From Phoronis australis (Eukaryota > Animalia > Phoronida): a stretch of DNA of 64,000 nt. The stretch is taken from the NCBI GenBank assembly GCA_002633005.1, contig NMRA01000156.1:646488-710487 (forward strand), in the 5' to 3' direction. Below are positions 40,524 to 54,960 of the stretch, piece by piece. The notes below the pieces were generated by a model. The model saw only the letters and a program-made list of their open reading frames with translations, was not told where the DNA came from and made no database searches. Numbering within the stretch: position 1 is the stretch's first letter; each line of letters starts with the position of its first letter. Both the position numbers and the translations under genes were made by a program.

Positions 40524-43500
40524 CTGGGATAAGGCCAACACAATGCAAGCACTTGTTTAAATGGCAATACACGCTGTGGTTGGCTGAATGTGAAAGTCTA
40601 TAAGTAAGGTCGTATATTGGATTTCTGAAAACCCTGCATACATATTACTTGTACACTAACATGTATAAAAGTATGTACATTATAGTGCCATACAAAGCAA
40701 AAATGGGGCAAAATAGAATTCTAAAAAAGTATGCAAACAATAACAAAAATGTTCCAAGGATCAAATTTAACCCTAAGCTAAGGAATAAGAAGCCACTGTT
40801 TCACCACTTTTGTTCTTTGACTCTGAAACAGCACAAAAATGCTCAACTTAACTGTTTACATTCATGGATGAACACATAAAAAGCTTCTAATATCTTGGTT
40901 TTGCTTCAAGTTACAAAGCCGGATCAACAATTTGCTTGTTAGATTATGATGTTCTAATCCCACTTTTAAGTATAGGTGAAATCAAAATGTTCTTATAAAA
41001 TTCAGAAACAACAATAGCCGGTATTAATTCTTATTTGGACATGAATTTGTCACACAGGTGAAACAATCCTATCTCAGATGGCCTAGAAAAAGTAGTTCCT
41101 TGAAAGCGACCAATCACACCACTTGTTACATCCAAAGCAAACAACAGCTGAAACACTATTGTGAAGCAGTAAAACAGAGTTTGAATAACCACAGACAAAC
41201 TAATGTGAACTGGGGTTTACAGTTATTCCTATTAAACAATGAAGACACATTACAAACGATGTAACTTCTTCAATTTTAGGAAATGATGAGTAAAATTGCA
41301 TAAAACTTCATTTCCATTAATTTAGCTGTAACAAATCAAAAATGCACACAAGCCTTTCATAGGATTCCGTTTTCTTTACCAACTAAGTAACACGCAATGC
41401 CTACAAGTATCATGTTGGAATTACCAATTGGAGTTGGCCAACTCCAATGAACTTTGAAGCCTTTTCTTGCATCGCTGTAGGTTTTGATGTTCATGTTAGT
41501 AATAGAAATAGAATCCTAGCATGGTAAGGAATATTATGAGACTGATAAAGAGGAAAATAATTCATTCGATTTTCATTTTTAGCCTGATCAACATGGCAAA
41601 CTGCAGCTTTATCCTTTAGGCTTAGTGCATCGCTACGTGACATATCTTGTACCATGTCGTGTCCTAAACTGAGTTTTACAATCAACTGAAAATTTCTGAA
41701 AAATATGAAACAAACCAGGATTTAATCAACTGAAAATACCAAATGACTTTGTTAAGGATAGCTTGAATTTTATAAAAAAAACAATGTTCGAGATTGCTAA
41801 CATCATAATTCATAATATCATTTTGATCAAATGATTGAATTACGAAAAAATATACACAACCATCATGAAACTTTTGGTTTTCAATTTCACAATTTCGAAT
41901 TCAGTGAGAAACAAAAATCCAAATGCAAACAATTGAAAATTTCACTTGGAAAAGCTAAAGTTACATTTTTCTTTAATCTGCAAAATTAAAAAGCGAAAAA
42001 AATTCCATTAGGACACTATGAAAGAAGAGAAGAGTTTCCTTTTTATCCAGTTTCCCACTGGAAATTAACATTTCCGAAATTTGACTGGATTGCCGTTTCT
42101 ATTGCAACAGATTAAAACACAACTCACGACTTGAATATTGCAAAACGTTGGCCAATGCGCTTAAATTCATAGACAAGCACTCCACAAGCATAATCATCAA
42201 CTGCCATATGCCTGAACGCAGATGTGAAATATTACAAACTAATCAAGATCAGACAAAAGAAAGTTAATGTTTATCAAATTATCACTGATCACACAGTGCT
42301 CGCCACAAACTATCTGGCAAAAACGCCACCAGCTGATAGCGACTTGGACCAGCCACGGGGGGGAGCTAGGAGACAAGCAAACGGCGGAACGACTAGGAGC
42401 TGGTTATCAGGACCCGTGCAGCAGACACTCAGGAGACCAGTGAAGGCATCTTCTGGTGTTCTGGGTATTCCCCTACCAGCTTAAACAGATTATACACAGC
42501 AGAACACTGAATGTGTTCTGACAGCAAGCCCTGCATAGAGTGTGTATTGGAATGAGATAAGCCATACAAGATAATTATAATGACTAGGTTCAGGTTATGA
42601 ATAGACAGCATCATCTGTATGCTGACAGTGACTTCAGATGACAGATTCGGTTTGATCAAAGAGCCTGTGAATCATGACTGGAATTGCGCCTACTTTCAAT
42701 CCAGAACCCACAGTAAAAAGCTAGCACAAGGGAACAACTAGGTTAAATTTCTAGAATACACAAAACCAATTTGCAAAAATGGTAATTTCCTTAGGACTGC
42801 AACATGGGAGCGATAGTGTATTAAAAAAAAAACAAGACCATTTACAGTACATTCAGTCTGATAAATGTCTAGAACTACAGTGTGAACGAACATAGAGTTT
42901 AACACACTAATAAAACATGTTTGAAAAAAAAGAGTCCCAAGTTCTCTCTTAATGAACAAATCCCATTTAGTGGCAATGCAATAGATTAGTAGAGTCTGAC
43001 CCTATTTTTCACAATAACGGAAAATAGATGGAATTTAAGATATCTGACTTCTTTCACAGATTTAGGTTTCAACAATAGATAACATGATTCTAGTATTTTT
43101 AGTTTTACTTATCAAACATAGTTAATGAATATTATCTATTGGATTCCAAGATTGTGGCCAAATATTGATGGGCAATCATTTTGAAGTAGTTGTTCATTCT
43201 TTCCAAAGGTGGCACTGTTCTCTTTATCAGTTTTGAAACAAAATAAACATGGTGTGTTTGCTAGTTTTCGGTAAAATGAAAAAAGGCAATTCACAGATCA
43301 TGTTTTTCGGTTATTTATCTGTTTGAAATAGAAAAACAGAAAGTCCTTTTTTAAAAACGGAAGAAAACGGGAATTTTGTTTCTGAAATTGAATTTCTGTT
43401 TTTGAAAATGAAAACTGAGGGTCCCTACATTAAAAACAGTCTGGCTCTGAATATTATTAATATCTATTCTGGTATGCCACTCAGTGTAGCTCACCGATTC

Positions 43501-46500
43501 CGATACAGAGTTTTGTTAAAGAGTATCCAGAATCTTGAAACTGAATACAACTATTCTTCACCTGAATTCAATCCCGACTATTAATATGAACATTGTTGGG
43601 TGAAGTCAGACAAGTGAACCTGTCTGTGAATAGGTATTTTCCGACACTAGTCTGTCAGCAAAAACTTCTCAGAACACAATTTGACGTAGTGACCATACTT
43701 TTCCATTTTCAAAAACAGAGAAACCATTTTAGCGAACACAAGTTCCATTCTTTACAATTTTGCTGTGTGTCGTGTCTGTTGTTTCACAATACTGAAATAG
43801 AACAATACCTACTTCAGAAAGAATGAACAAATACATCAACATCATTGACTCGCGCAAAATGATTGTGGATCGATTTGTGGCCAGAATCACTCTCGGGTAA
43901 CAAATTTGATGGAATCCACTCATACCCTTTCATAATTTAATTTCTATAACTGTAACATTAACATTCCATTTGAAACCCCTGATTCCAAGAAAGGAGTCTG
44001 ATTCCTAGAATTTCATCAGTTTTCCGTTGCATCACACAAAATGAAGGATTCCGAATTTAGCAAAGATGTGCGGAACCCCTAAGAAGCAAAACACTGTGTG
44101 TGTGCTTTCACCATGAATTGGGTCGATTCGCGGAGTCCGCTTGTTGTATACCTACAATTCTGTAATTTCGACAATCTCTTCCGATCACCATTCTTAATTC
44201 ATGTGCCATTGTGAATTACATCATCATGCAGTTGCACACCCTACCTTTGGATGAGGGAGTTCCTAAATTCACTGAATGAGACAGAGGAATGGAACTAATT
44301 TGCATATGACATGGGGTCAAAAGGCATGTATAAACCACATTTACTAAAAGTGGATTCTCTTGTCAGATTTTTAAATGGCATTATTACACAGCAGGAGTCT
44401 ATAAGGGAGAGCGAATAATTGTAAAGTTAACAGAGGATCTATGTATGTTCCGTAACAAAGAAAGGAGAATATTGCAAATTTCTTGGAAAATCTGTCAAAC
44501 AGCAACCAGCATGTGTTAGAACTACTGTCTTCTGACAGCATGAAGTTTGTTCCACTCATACTCCCAGAACATCACATCTCACAACTAGCTGACTGGATTG
44601 ATGTGAAACTTTCAGATAACACGCTTCACACTTCACGCAGTGTTCTCCGAGATCGTGTCAGGGATTGTTTTGAAAATGATCCACTACTGTTGAGAAGCCA
44701 TCAAAAATAGGACTTCTACGAGTGATTTAGAAAACTCCAACAGAGTTTTTGAGATTTTTCCTTGCACAATTACATCACATGAAATTTGGACGAGCCATTC
44801 ATCATTTTGCTATGAACATACCTTTCTTTTTTGCTAAATTTTCCAAAAAAAACATGGTCATGTGACCAAACTTAGGGCAAACTTTTGCTAAAAAGTAAAA
44901 ATATTTAATTCCGCAGGCAATGCGTACTTTTACAGAATTTAAATTCATAGTTTTGTACTGACATAAGGCTGAATACGCATGCGACTTCGATAAGGTACCG
45001 TAACCTCATAACGTCAGGGACTCCTCAATGCACAGACAGCGGAATCGCTGTCATCCCACTCCCACTGGGAATATGTTCCACACAAAGGATAACCAGACAC
45101 TGGAGCATAACACAAAGAGATATCAAAGACCCACCATGTATAATTTGATTATGGTCAGCTTCAAAAGATATCGCAAACAAAAAAGCTTCACACAGGGACA
45201 CAGACCTCCTTGAGGTGCAGAAACACTAGAAACGGATCTCTCCATGATAAGGAAATACCAGCCGCCTATATAATGGGACCTGACATATGGTAACATCTCC
45301 GCAATGCCGGACAAAAATAAAGGCTCATAACCTTACTGTGAAGGCCCGGTTTCCCAAAAAATCGTCGATGGTAGCCACGGTACAAGTTAAGACTATGCAG
45401 GTTGTGCTTTTGTTGCGAAATAGTCGACATCACCTTCAATTTTTTTGTGTGCAACATTTCGCATTGAAACTCGTGCGAAACTTCAAAGAACTTTGAAGCT
45501 GTTGAGCAGAACTGAAATTTACATTTGCAACAGAAGTCATACATATTTATGACCGAAAATGTATATATTTTGAGTGGCAAGAATCAATAAAACAAATTCA
45601 CTATATTAGTAATCGTAATTGGACTCGCGTTTGACCTGACATATCAGTTGTCCTGACAAAGATCATGCCAGTAATTTGAAGATACCCCGGATTTCTATTT
45701 TCGAAAACAGAGAAATCTGCTTTTCAGATAAAATCTCACCAATTTCGAACAAAAATAATTGCCAAAATTGGTCTTTTCTCATTATTTAAGGGCTTCTTAC
45801 ACTGTAATGGATGCCCAATTTTTTCAGAACCATTGCTTGATGGCAGCTATATGGTATGGATTTTTCAACAGGATATATCATTTATTTGGTGCTTCTTATC
45901 TTTTGTGAAAAAACGAGATAATTCAAACCGCTCTTATCAACCATACTGTCCCACAATGGTGCCATTTTACCGTATCCTAAAACAACCTTTTCCGTTTTGT
46001 GAAGTAGCAAATTCCATTTAATAATTTCAAAGCAATAAACAACAAGCATATATTACCAACAACTTGCCTTATGCCATGTTGAGGGTTTCTGAACCAGCAG
46101 AAACCAAAAAAGAAAAGCACCACCTTGAGAAAGAATGCATTAGCACAAATTCATGAATTATGTTTTTAATTTTAGGCAATTAAAAAACAAAGAAGTGGAA
46201 TTCTCATAACTGCTACCGAAATATGTTCAAAAGCTGATTATGCAGTGTTAAGAAAAGGCACGGAAAACCAGGGTGTTTAGATTCGGTTGCACCACTTTTG
46301 AAACTTAAATCAGTTCAGGCTTCTTCCAAAAGTTCTGAAATCAATCCCCTCCTAAATTCTGGCAGTCACCTAAAAGCCCGTGATTTAAACAATTTTTGCA
46401 AAACCATTAGTACTTCACTTCAGCTTGATGGACACTTGGAAACAATAAACCCCAAAGACAATCCAAATACACTACTTTGAACATTCACAAAAGGCAGTAT

Positions 46501-49500
46501 CAAAATAGAGAAAAACACAAATATTACTCCATAACTTAAACCCTGAGACTATCAATTCTGCTCAACAACCAACTAACCAGAGGAGTGCCAGCGTACAGCA
46601 TCATTCGACTGCTATCCACGGCAAGAGACTTCATCGCTGGGTCAAGCACTGTAGCACGGTCCACAATCGGCTCAAACATCGAAGACGGGAAATGAAGCGA
46701 TTCCTTCAGACAACAGCAACTACTAGGTACTCCAGTCAGCTACTCACTACACTGTGTCTCTTCCATGCAATATGTCGTGCAAACTGAAGACGATCCACAG
46801 TGTTATTAACTGATTCCCTCCAGGTAGGGCCAAAAACACCTGCTCGGGAACGACACGCCACAGAGGAGAGAGACATTGACCTCAATAAAATGATATGCAC
46901 CTCCGCATTTCTACAATTACAAAAGCACCCTGACAAGAGGTTTCCACAAAGGGCCCCCACACCAATATGGGCTGTTGGGTTATTATTAAGGATAAATACA
47001 GATAAATACACATGCAGGCAAGACTATTTAATATGATAATGACTAAAACTTGTGCACACAGACAGGTGTGTTGTACAAAAATTTGGAATGTAAAAACATA
47101 ATAAATCTGCCAACACTGAGCTGATCACAGTTATATGCAGATTAATGTTTTAATCAAAATTGACGAGCCTGTTTCAAGGGCCACACCTCACTAAAACAGC
47201 GTGTTAACTACCGTAACTTATTTAGTTTTCCCACACTACATGCAGGTATGAAGGACTTAATCAACAACTAAGTGCATTTATAGTTCTACAAAATTATAGA
47301 ATTGAACTTGACGAAAGTATCTTCTGAAAGTAAAGAGTCAGTAGAATTTGATTTCTGACTTTGATAGTCATTAATTAGGTCACATGACCGTGTATTTTGT
47401 AAAATTTATCACAAATATAAATTCAGATCGAAACAACGGTTTCAGTAACATGACCAAACTTAGTTTGATATTAATATTCAAGATGAAATCTCAAAAATGC
47501 TGTTGCAGTTTCCTAGGTTAAAAGTCCAATCAGCCATTTCAGAGAGATGACTTCTGCAGTTAGCCAAATTTGGACATTTTTCCAGGCACCTGCATAATTA
47601 ACCGATTACAGCAGACCTCAAACTGTAACACAGTTATTCATTCAGCGTTCTCTAGACCTGTATTAATGTGACAGAATGACCCATTTATCAACACTTGACG
47701 ACGCTTCGAATGGCTCATGACACATTTGAAAAAACAGTGACCATTTTGGAAAAACAGCATCGCCCTTGTTAACAATGTATTTACTGTTTCAACCAAGGCT
47801 TAACAACAACTGGCCATTATCTATTGAAATAGAAAAAATGTCAAGTGGTTAAAAAGCAAAACTTATTTTACGTTCATAATATTTCCAAACTTTACGAAAC
47901 ATCTGATTAATTAGCACCAATACACCCACAGAAAGTCTGATTAGAGGTAGGTAGTAACTTGGTAGCCATGAATCATTCAGACAACACCCTGCGGCATCAC
48001 ATACATTGTTTTGGACTGCTGGCTACTTTTGGCATTTATTATTCAACAAGAACATAATTAATGTAAAGGTGATGTTCATTTGACTAGACAATAGCTTGTA
48101 TGCAATGAATGGACGTACATCAATAAGTGCGATTACACTTTGATTTGGCCAGGTAATTAAAGCCACTATGAACCATGTTCTACTATCAGTAGTAGAATGC
48201 GGGGAGGTGAGAGGAGCTAATCACTCCTCCCCCCCCCCCCAAAGCAGCAGCAGGAGGCACGAAATCAGCATCCATAACAATATCAAAAGACAAAGGTGGC
48301 CCAATAGCAGCAATGCTTTTCGTTACTCTTGATTCTTGTAATTTCTCAAAAAATCAACAGTTCTGAGGGAAAAGTTGTGTTATTACATAGCAAGTGAGAT
48401 GAGACAGCCCTCAGATGCACGAATTGCGTTGTCGCAAAGGTTGCTGACAAAAACTGGAGGTCATATTGGACCGAATGGATGAAATGACTTGTGGCATCTC
48501 TTCAACTAGAATATCTGGGGAGAAGCTAAATGATGAGCCCCTCCCACAGTGAAAGCGAAGGGGTGGACTTATTAAGGTTCACGATTTGGTGTTTTGAGGG
48601 AGTGTTGGTATGAATAGTTAACTTCGGATATTTGATCGAAATTAGCAGTGCAACATAACTTCGAAGAGCAGGTGTCGACGCTTCGATGCGACATGAATGC
48701 AGCATTCTCAGACTTTTTGACCATGGGAGGTCACCATGCTAAACGTTTGAGCCACTACTTGGTTTTTGACCGATTGTCATATCAACCATGACTATCCAGT
48801 CCTTTTCAGTGCTCTCAACCTGTAAAATGTCAGGACATCACAGTCAAAATTTTACTATTTTTATGAAAATTACTCCACATGACCCAATTACTCACAAAAA
48901 AATAACCAAAAACACAAACCACAATGGTCTCTTCCAAAGAACTTAACTGAATATTGCAACTGACAGCATTCCGTTGCTGCAACCACGCTCAACTTTAATT
49001 TCTGTCTGAACACTGGATCGGTTGACTTCAGTGTCATTAACGGCAAATGTCACTGTTGTGGTATATATTTTTCAAATTTTCACCATTCTACCTCTATAAA
49101 TACTTCATTCACTATCCGCAGATGTCTTTGCAGTTTACTCTCGTGTTCCTCTGGTACTGGAGTTACTGCAATTTTCCACTTATTTTGCACTAAATTAATC
49201 AAATATATTTTTCCGATAGTCGGAATGCGTGCAAAGTTAAAGCCATGTAGCCTCGTGTGAAATAAATGAGGGACAAAATCGTATTTTTTTCAAATAATTT
49301 TAGGTGTGCGAAATAAGGCGAGTCCAGTGTGCTAAATTAGTGGAAAATTACCATAGTATGAGAAAGCCTTTAGACCATAAAGTACTCTGGGATACTAATA
49401 AGATTAGGGGTTTAGGCCCAAGAGTATCACAGCAAATAGCTGTAGCTCCAGGAAAACCGTGAAAGCAATCAGAGGGTACTTTAGTAGAGATTACCTGGGG

Positions 49501-50507
49501 TAATCCGCTAGGATTGAGGTTAAGGGTTTGGATTTACGAAAACATACAATTCATCAGACAGGGTTTAAAAACCTAGCCCTAAGGTAAAATAGTTGGGAGT
49601 AGGCCAGTACTGGTTTTAGTACCATAGGTTTTTTGGCTGTTCAATGTTTACTGGCATTTAGCACTTGGTTAACATGACCCATGAGGTCAGGATAGTGATT
49701 ATGTAATATGTTTACAAACAACAGAAAGGGAGCATTCTAAGACAAGGCCTTGCCAGTCCAAAAATACAAGAGGACAGTTTAAAACTTCGAGTTTACCAAC
49801 CTACGCATTTGAGTGCCGGTTTAGATCATTTTTGAGTGTTGTAACAGTAACTTGAGCGTACAAACAGATTACAACCATTACGGCACATTTCATAATAAAT
49901 AAAAAACGAAAAGTTTAAACCGTTTTAAAGCCTGACAGATGTCACTGGTTTAGGCATACTTAAAATCCTGCAATTATATAGCTTGCACCAACAATTGTTG
50001 TTATTAACAGTCTATCACCAGGACAAGATTTTGCAATAAATTGGTTTTATGGTGACACAACTGAACTCTAAAAACTGCAATTGCTGATTTTAATCAAATA
50101 CACAGTATTGCCCCACAAACCAGCAGAAAGACATGGTTGTCTAATTGATTCAGTTGTAACATCTGCGAATTTTCATAAAGAACCAACAACAATAAATATA
50201 TCACCACTCTGAACTTTATTCACATCACCACCACAACAAAAGAAACATGTCCACAACTCATTAAGAATCATCAACCATAACACCACAAACAGCCTAGGGT
50301 TCGAATTTAGCACAATACAAGAGGCAATTAATACACCTGGTTTTGCTATCTTTGCTTCTACGTTTGAAACTAGAACTACAGACATGGTTTATAACTAATT
50401 TAAGTTTTATATGAACTTGGGAAAAGCTTTCTTAAAAGTTCTCGGTTTGTTCAAGCTTCGTAAAATAGAAGCAAGAATAATATGCTGGTGAGATTAAAAT
50501 TTCATAA

Positions 50508-50545
50508 GTTCCAACCATAGACATCTTATGTCTACCGTTCCAACC
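50508..50545. mobile_element. Miniature palindromic insertion or transposon footprint with 8-9 bp direct repeats
   Basis: GTTCCAAC(C) flanks both sides of a 20-21 bp core containing TAGACAT-CTT-ATGTCTA. Confidence 0.55.
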
Positions 50546-53500
50546 TTGGAGCCATCTGCTACCATCACTGCCATCTGGTGTTGAAACCCCACACCACAGT
50601 TGCTATAACTGCTGCCAGTGTGAGGAGTCGCAATTTCGATATTGCACAACACAGGTGCTTGGAGTAAATAGCTTCACACACCTGGTCATCAGCAACACAG
50701 GTCAGGTCAATTTACGGTAATGACGCTCTAAACAATGGTCGCAACAAACGAATCAATTAGACAAACACAGGCTGAGCTGTGTGTTTTGCCAAGTGTCGCT
50801 GTTTAATCAATGCACTAGTGATGGCAATTACTGGCTAGTAGCGAGAGAGTTAAAGGGCACCCTTACTGCACTTAAGCAGGACTTTTCACTTCGGTGAATA
50901 TTCAACTCAGAATTAGTATCTAATAGTTGACATCCTGCATCAGTCGCATAAATAAATCGTTAATTATGATAATTTATGTCTCACCAAATTCAAACAAAAA
51001 ATTGTTACAATGCCACTTTTTAATTTACAAGCACAGCCTTCCAACATTCTTGTGAATGCCCACAATTTTTCAAAACTTTGGCGGTAACAATGGAACAAAG
51101 AACATAGAAAATTAAGTTAACTTGGAATTACATATTTCATGGAAAAAATGACAACAATAAAATTCCACTTACTGGCCATATTGTTTCCCATATGGTGAAG
51201 GCTTTACCGTAGTAAACTGTGGACACACTGGAAATTTATAATTTTGAAACCAAACAAAACAATAATACTTTTTACCTTCTGTTTATAATTCTGTCTATGT
51301 ATCGTTCCCACATTACATTATAAATCAAAATTGCAAAATCTGTACTCCAGTTAAATATTTATAATGTAAGCTTCAGGGTTAACGATCACCCACTGCCCAA
51401 TTCAGGGAATATCATGTGGCCATTCACAACAATGCTGTTTTCCAATCAATTATGGTGTCACAAAAATTCATTGCAAGATTTCAAATTTCAATTTTAACAT
51501 ATGGTAGTAGTAAGTGCAGTACTTGCCCAGGCGAACATCCGAGCATTTGAATTTACAGACTAAATAATAGGGGTTTGGAATCAACGGGTATTAACAAAAA
51601 AATAATAGTGAAAAATTATCTAAAAATTTCACCAACTTTTTTAAGAAGTACTAGGCTGTGTTCTTCCTGTATCAGCACTGCAACAATAGTGAATGTCTTT
51701 GTGAAGTGTTCACAGGCAGGAAACGGATTGGCCAGATAGTACCCCTCCCCCACAACACATCCAAACAATGACTGTCCTTTAGGACATTTTCAAAACCGAA
51801 AACAAAACTGTTGCCAATTTCAAGAGACATATTACAAAGCTACCCCGAACACAGCAGTAAATTTGGCGCCAGGCTCAAAAGCAGAGGAAAAATTAGATCA
51901 AGAGAAATTGGGAAAATTACGCGTTGTTGGTAATAGCGCAGTAAATAGGTTTGCTGTTCTAGCGAAGCAATTAGCGGCCGATTGGAGCACTTTCAAATAA
52001 AAGAAATTGACAACATTAATCGATGCTGTTTCTCGTCCTGGTATTGATCGGGAGATGAGCTTATAAGAGCTCTTCCAACGACCATGGCCACAGAATATTG
52101 CTGCTGATCACTGCGCATAAACCAAAGGAATTTGCATCTTTGATAAGCATCGCCGCAGGCTGAACTAACAAAGCCTAAAAAGTTCCGAGGGAGCCATTAG
52201 GAGGAATGCATAAAGCCATTAGCATAACTATTCGCAGACTTTGTGCACATCGGAAACCAAACCAGTCATCATTGTTGTATGCAGGCAACCTAAATAATAA
52301 GATTATGAGACAAGAACCTGGCCTGCCCCTAAAGCAGTCTAAAGGGAAACCATCTCCTCCTAAATGACAAAAAGACCGAGAATGAAATTATCTACAACTG
52401 TAATTATAGTCACCTATGGTTTTTGACAAAAAATTCACAATTAAATTAAAATGACACAATCCTGTCAAAACAAGATGAGATGTGTACACACTGTCAACAT
52501 GTATAGTGGAACACTTCTGTTTTAAGGCCAGATTTCACCAACATAACTTTTTGGGTGTAAAACATGTGCAATTCAGGTCGGATTGGATCCCTTTTCAAAC
52601 CCTCTAATGAATCTGGGCCAAATTAATGCCGACTTAAGCCAACCTACTTGTAACTCGGAGCCATGAATCACACGATACGGTCCAAACCCTATGAATAAGG
52701 TACGGTACCGACAGAGCAATTGAACATTACGAAACTGTCCAAAATTTAATTTTTGCTCAAGCGACCCCTAACGAATATTTTGAATAATGTGCAAAACAGT
52801 CATTAGCTCTTATGAATCCTCAGGATTAGTGAACCGAATTGCACCAAATTCAGATAAAAATTTGCGCCAGTGAAATCGGGGCTTTACTAGGACACATACC
52901 CATGGCAAAAGGATGTCGTTGACTGAACTAAAATCATCTTGACACCACAGTTTAATTATTTTCTTATAACATTTAAAATGCCATGTGCGGAAAAATTTGG
53001 AAGAACATGGAAATTGGTGTACGGTTACATTTTTGGTCTAAAATTGGTTGCGCACCCACACTTGAAATTTTCCAACTTTCCTTTATCTGTTTTGTTTGAT
53101 TAATTAAAGTTCACTAATTCATTTCAGCATTTTGACACCGGCTGGGATTGAAATTCTCATGCTTTATCAGCAACAAACACAGGCTTTGTCACGGATACAT
53201 CTTCACAGTGACAAATGTATGCAAGATGACCTCCTTGCTCATCAATTGATATTCAAAAGGTTTGCCTTTTTGCAAAAGGCATTGGTACATCTCACTGCAC
53301 ATTTGTAGAAATTTGCCAGCATTATATCAGCAGGATAGAGAAATAGAGAATCTTACACCCGTCTCTTGGTTTATGACAAGGTCAAAATCTCATGGAAATA
53401 CCGAAGCTTGCCGAGGAATTTTCACGAAATTTCCAAGCAGTTTTTCCCATGTCATAAACCTGAGACGAGTGTAGGATTTGTTTTCTCACATGAACCGTAA

Positions 53501-54807
53501 AAACAATCTTTTTCCAGAAAAACTCGATGTGTCTAAAACTTTAAACCACATAACGCAACTTTTGCAAAAACACGCTTGGGCAAAGTAAAGTAATTCAGTT
53601 ACTTTTTGTTTAATAATTTCATTTTAAACTTAACAAATTTGTAAATTGCATTTAGCTTCAGTAACAAATGTTCAAGTTAGAACCTAATAAATACTCTTTG
53701 AAGGTGTAACATTAAAACTTAACAAATGTTTATAAATAACACAATCAGCAGGGTTTCCCCAGTGTGAGCACAACACTGAATTGACCTTGAGACAGCACAG
53801 CTAGAAAGTACCACAGCCTGGTTTCTTGAGTTTTGTCTCGTTTGAATGAACGTAGATGTGAAATTCGCAGCCGAAGATGGGTCTGTTTAAGAAGTTGTGT
53901 GCATGTCCTTCCGATGGGGAGTACGTACAGTTGCGACACCTGATTTGTCAATCATAAGCTTGCCAACTTCATGGAATTCCGGCATTGTTTGGTTGTTGGT
54001 ATTAGTGTTTTGCAGACGATAAAATGTAAGGCGTGTAGATTTCTACTTAGCACTAATTTGTGATTTGCCCATATAATGTCAAAAAATTACGTACTCGGCG
54101 TTATTAACCAGTTACGTCATAACATTCCAGTTCACGTGAGAAAAAGTTGTTTATACCAGAGGGTTGAAACCTCCCATCCACATTGTATGTAGGTGGCGCT
54201 ATTCACCAAAGACCTAATCGCCATCTGGCGGGTTAATGAATTTAATATGGTGTGGCTATATTGAAAGTCAGCTAATTGAACACTCCAAGAAGCTGTTCGA
54301 AAACAAAAATATTGTGTACTGAATGAACTGGACCCATGACAAGATTCACCATGCGAACTAATCACTTTCAGTTTGTCTAAGATGGTCTAATTATCATTAT
54401 ACAGCTTCTGGTGAACCTTAAGACATCTGGCCCAGGTCTTCTCAATTTGGTAGACATTAAGTCCACAATTTTACACATCAATATCTCTACTGCGACATTC
54501 TGTCCAAATCAGCTCCAATGCTACACAACTTAATCTCTACCTCATAGTGCATGTACCAAGCATTTAGAAGATTATTTTGACTGGAGGCCTTAAAATCAAA
54601 AGCCTTTTACTTTTGTTCCTAATCATCCAGGGAAATGAACAGATGGTAACACAAAGCTGCCTCCAGGGCTAATTGCTCCACTTCAATTAGGAAATTCCTG
54701 TAGTGTGAAAGATCAAACTACCTGGGCCATGTTCTAGGCTAACTCCTGCTCAAAATGATCTATGGCAACCAATGCCGGCATCAGTCAGAGGCTTAGATAA
54801 AAAACAT

Positions 54808-54960
54808 AAATTTAGGACAGAATACGGTGGACAAGTGGGATTTTTATTTCCCTTTTCCATGAACAGTACTTGCTCCAAAGTAATGCTAAATGCTATTTTC
54901 ATGCTCTATAACATATGTGTCAGACAATATTTTGAAAAATTATGGACATTCAAAGCAATA
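54808..54960 (+). repeat. Diverged dispersed repeat, copy of 38216-38363
   Basis: Same collinear blocks as 38216-38363. Confidence 0.7.
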
